DNA from: an uncultured Gammaproteobacteria bacterium
Lineage (GTDB): Bacteria; Pseudomonadota; Gammaproteobacteria; JACCXJ01
Direction of reading: 5' to 3'
Assembly: GCA_963764725.1 (NCBI GenBank)
Contig: CAVXTM010000018.1
Span: 160,001-224,000 of the forward strand
DNA: 64,000 nucleotides
The translations under genes and the position numbers were made by a program. The notes below the pieces were generated by a model, which was given only the letters and a program-made list of their open reading frames with translations, ran no database searches and was not told the DNA's origin. Positions 62,803 to 64,000 of this stretch are shown here, piece by piece (positions within the stretch are counted from its first letter, which is position 1; every line of letters starts with the position of its first letter).

Positions 62803-64000
62803 TCATAGATCGCTGTATTTCGATCGGAGCCGCTGGCGCACCAATTCCGCAACCGTGTTGGAGACAAAGGTCACGGCAAACAGCGCCAGCGCGGCCAAAA
62901 ATAATACGCGGTAATGCGTGCTGTTCACTTCGGATTCCGGCATCTCGACGGCGATGTTGGCGGACATGGCCCGGAAGCCCTGAAAGAGATTGAAGTCCAT
63001 GATCGGCGTATTTCCGGTCGCCATAAGCACGATCATGGTCTCGCCGACCACCCGCCCCATCCCGATCATCAAGGCGGAGAAAATTCCGGGACTGGCCATG
63101 AGCAACACCACCCGCATCAGCGTTTGCCAGGGCGTCGCGCCGAGAGCGAGCGATCCCAAAGTGAGATGCCGCGGAACGCTAAAAATAGCATCTTCGCTGA
63201 TGGAGAAGATCGGCGGGATCACGGCCACTCCCATCGCGATTCCGACCACGAGCGAATTGCGCTGGTCAAAGGCCAACCCCAGCTCACGGCCCAGCCACTC
63301 ACGCATATTGCCGTCGAACAAAAGCCCTTCCAGGGGTTCGCTCAGTCCCATCGACAGCATAATCGACAAGGCGATGACTGGCATGAGCATGGCCGCCTCC
63401 CAGCCCTCGGGAATCGCTTGGCGCCAACGCGCGGGGAGTTGTGTCCACAGCCACGCGGATAAGATCATCGCGAGCGGCGTCATCAGTAGCGCGGCAAAGA
63501 CGCCGGGAAGATTCTGCTCCACCAGCGGCGCTAACCAAAGGCCGGCCAGAAAGCCCAGGACCACGGTGGGGAGTGCGCCCATGATCTCGACGGTCGGTTT
63601 GACCATCTCGCGCATGGCCGGGGCCATGAAGTAGCCCGTATACACCGCCCCCATCACCGCGATCGGGATCGCGAACAGCATCGCGTAGAACGACGCCTTG
63701 AGAGTCCCGTAGGCCAGCGGCGTGAGGCTGAATTTGGGCTCGAAATCGCCGGCCGCCGAGGATGACTGCCAAATAAACTCCGGTCGCTGTCGGCTCTCAT
63801 ACCACACCTTCCCCCACAACGAGCTCCAGGATACCTCGGGGTGCTCGTTGTGAACGGTATATAAGCGCAAAACCTGCGCGTGGTCGAGCGTCATCAGAGC
63901 GTCGGCCCGCGGTGATATCGCCACATGGCTCAGCGGTTGGCCGGAGGGGTCGGTCACCAACAGCGTCCGGTGCGCGGTCGTATGGTAGAGACCGATGCTC
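62803..64000 (-). CDS. pstC: Phosphate ABC permease PstC (long form; 5' end outside window)
   Basis: FEPKFSLTPL, LPTVVLG, GETMIVLMATGN. Confidence 0.92.
   Translation of the reverse strand, partial: SIGLYHTTAHRTLLVTDPSGQPLSHVAISPRADALMTLDHAQVLRLYTVHNEHPEVSWSSLWGKVWYESRQRPEFIWQSSSAAGDFEPKFSLTPLAYGTLKASFYAMLFAIPIAVMGAVYTGYFMAPAMREMVKPTVEIMGALPTVVLGFLAGLWLAPLVEQNLPGVFAALLMTPLAMILSAWLWTQLPARWRQAIPEGWEAAMLMPVIALSIMLSMGLSEPLEGLLFDGNMREWLGRELGLAFDQRNSLVVGIAMGVAVIPPIFSISEDAIFSVPRHLTLGSLALGATPWQTLMRVVLLMASPGIFSALMIGMGRVVGETMIVLMATGNTPIMDFNLFQGFRAMSANIAVEMPESEVNSTHYRVLFLAALALFAVTFVSNTVAELVRQRLRSKYSDL

Overview
This 64 kb window looks like a Gammaproteobacteria-type chromosome segment. The backbone carries EVE-6S RNA-zapA-TIGR02449, pepP-ubiH-ubiI, purC, tdh-kbl, folP, an LplT-like MFS, yceH-srkA, a lower kynurenine / 3-hydroxyanthranilate cluster and pstCAB-phoU. 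Several accessory patches interrupt it: (1) a ~4.6 kb decayed island between 247-bp direct repeats at ubiH/ubiI, containing a T7-like RNA polymerase N-terminal fragment; (2) a frameshift-rich hydrolase-kaiC-kaiB-PAS kinase block; (3) a Dam/PD-(D/E)XK island bounded by a 28-bp dif-like direct repeat; (4) two attC cassette clusters rich in toxin-antitoxin genes, plus duplicated attI-like sites and a probable intI relic; (5) an IS110 with a readable bridge RNA nested in a REP inside a MITE; (6) an IS1634 inserted into a multicopy three-hairpin repeat. My best candidate for an undescribed system is a pair of related elements (10.5 kb and 52.3-54.0 kb). They encode a protein with Rep_trans-like motifs and a C-terminal wHTH, and share a CTAAC-hairpin-CCAAG end, suggesting a rolling-circle or ssDNA-type transposon. 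All family calls come from motif recognition by eye; no database searches were run.
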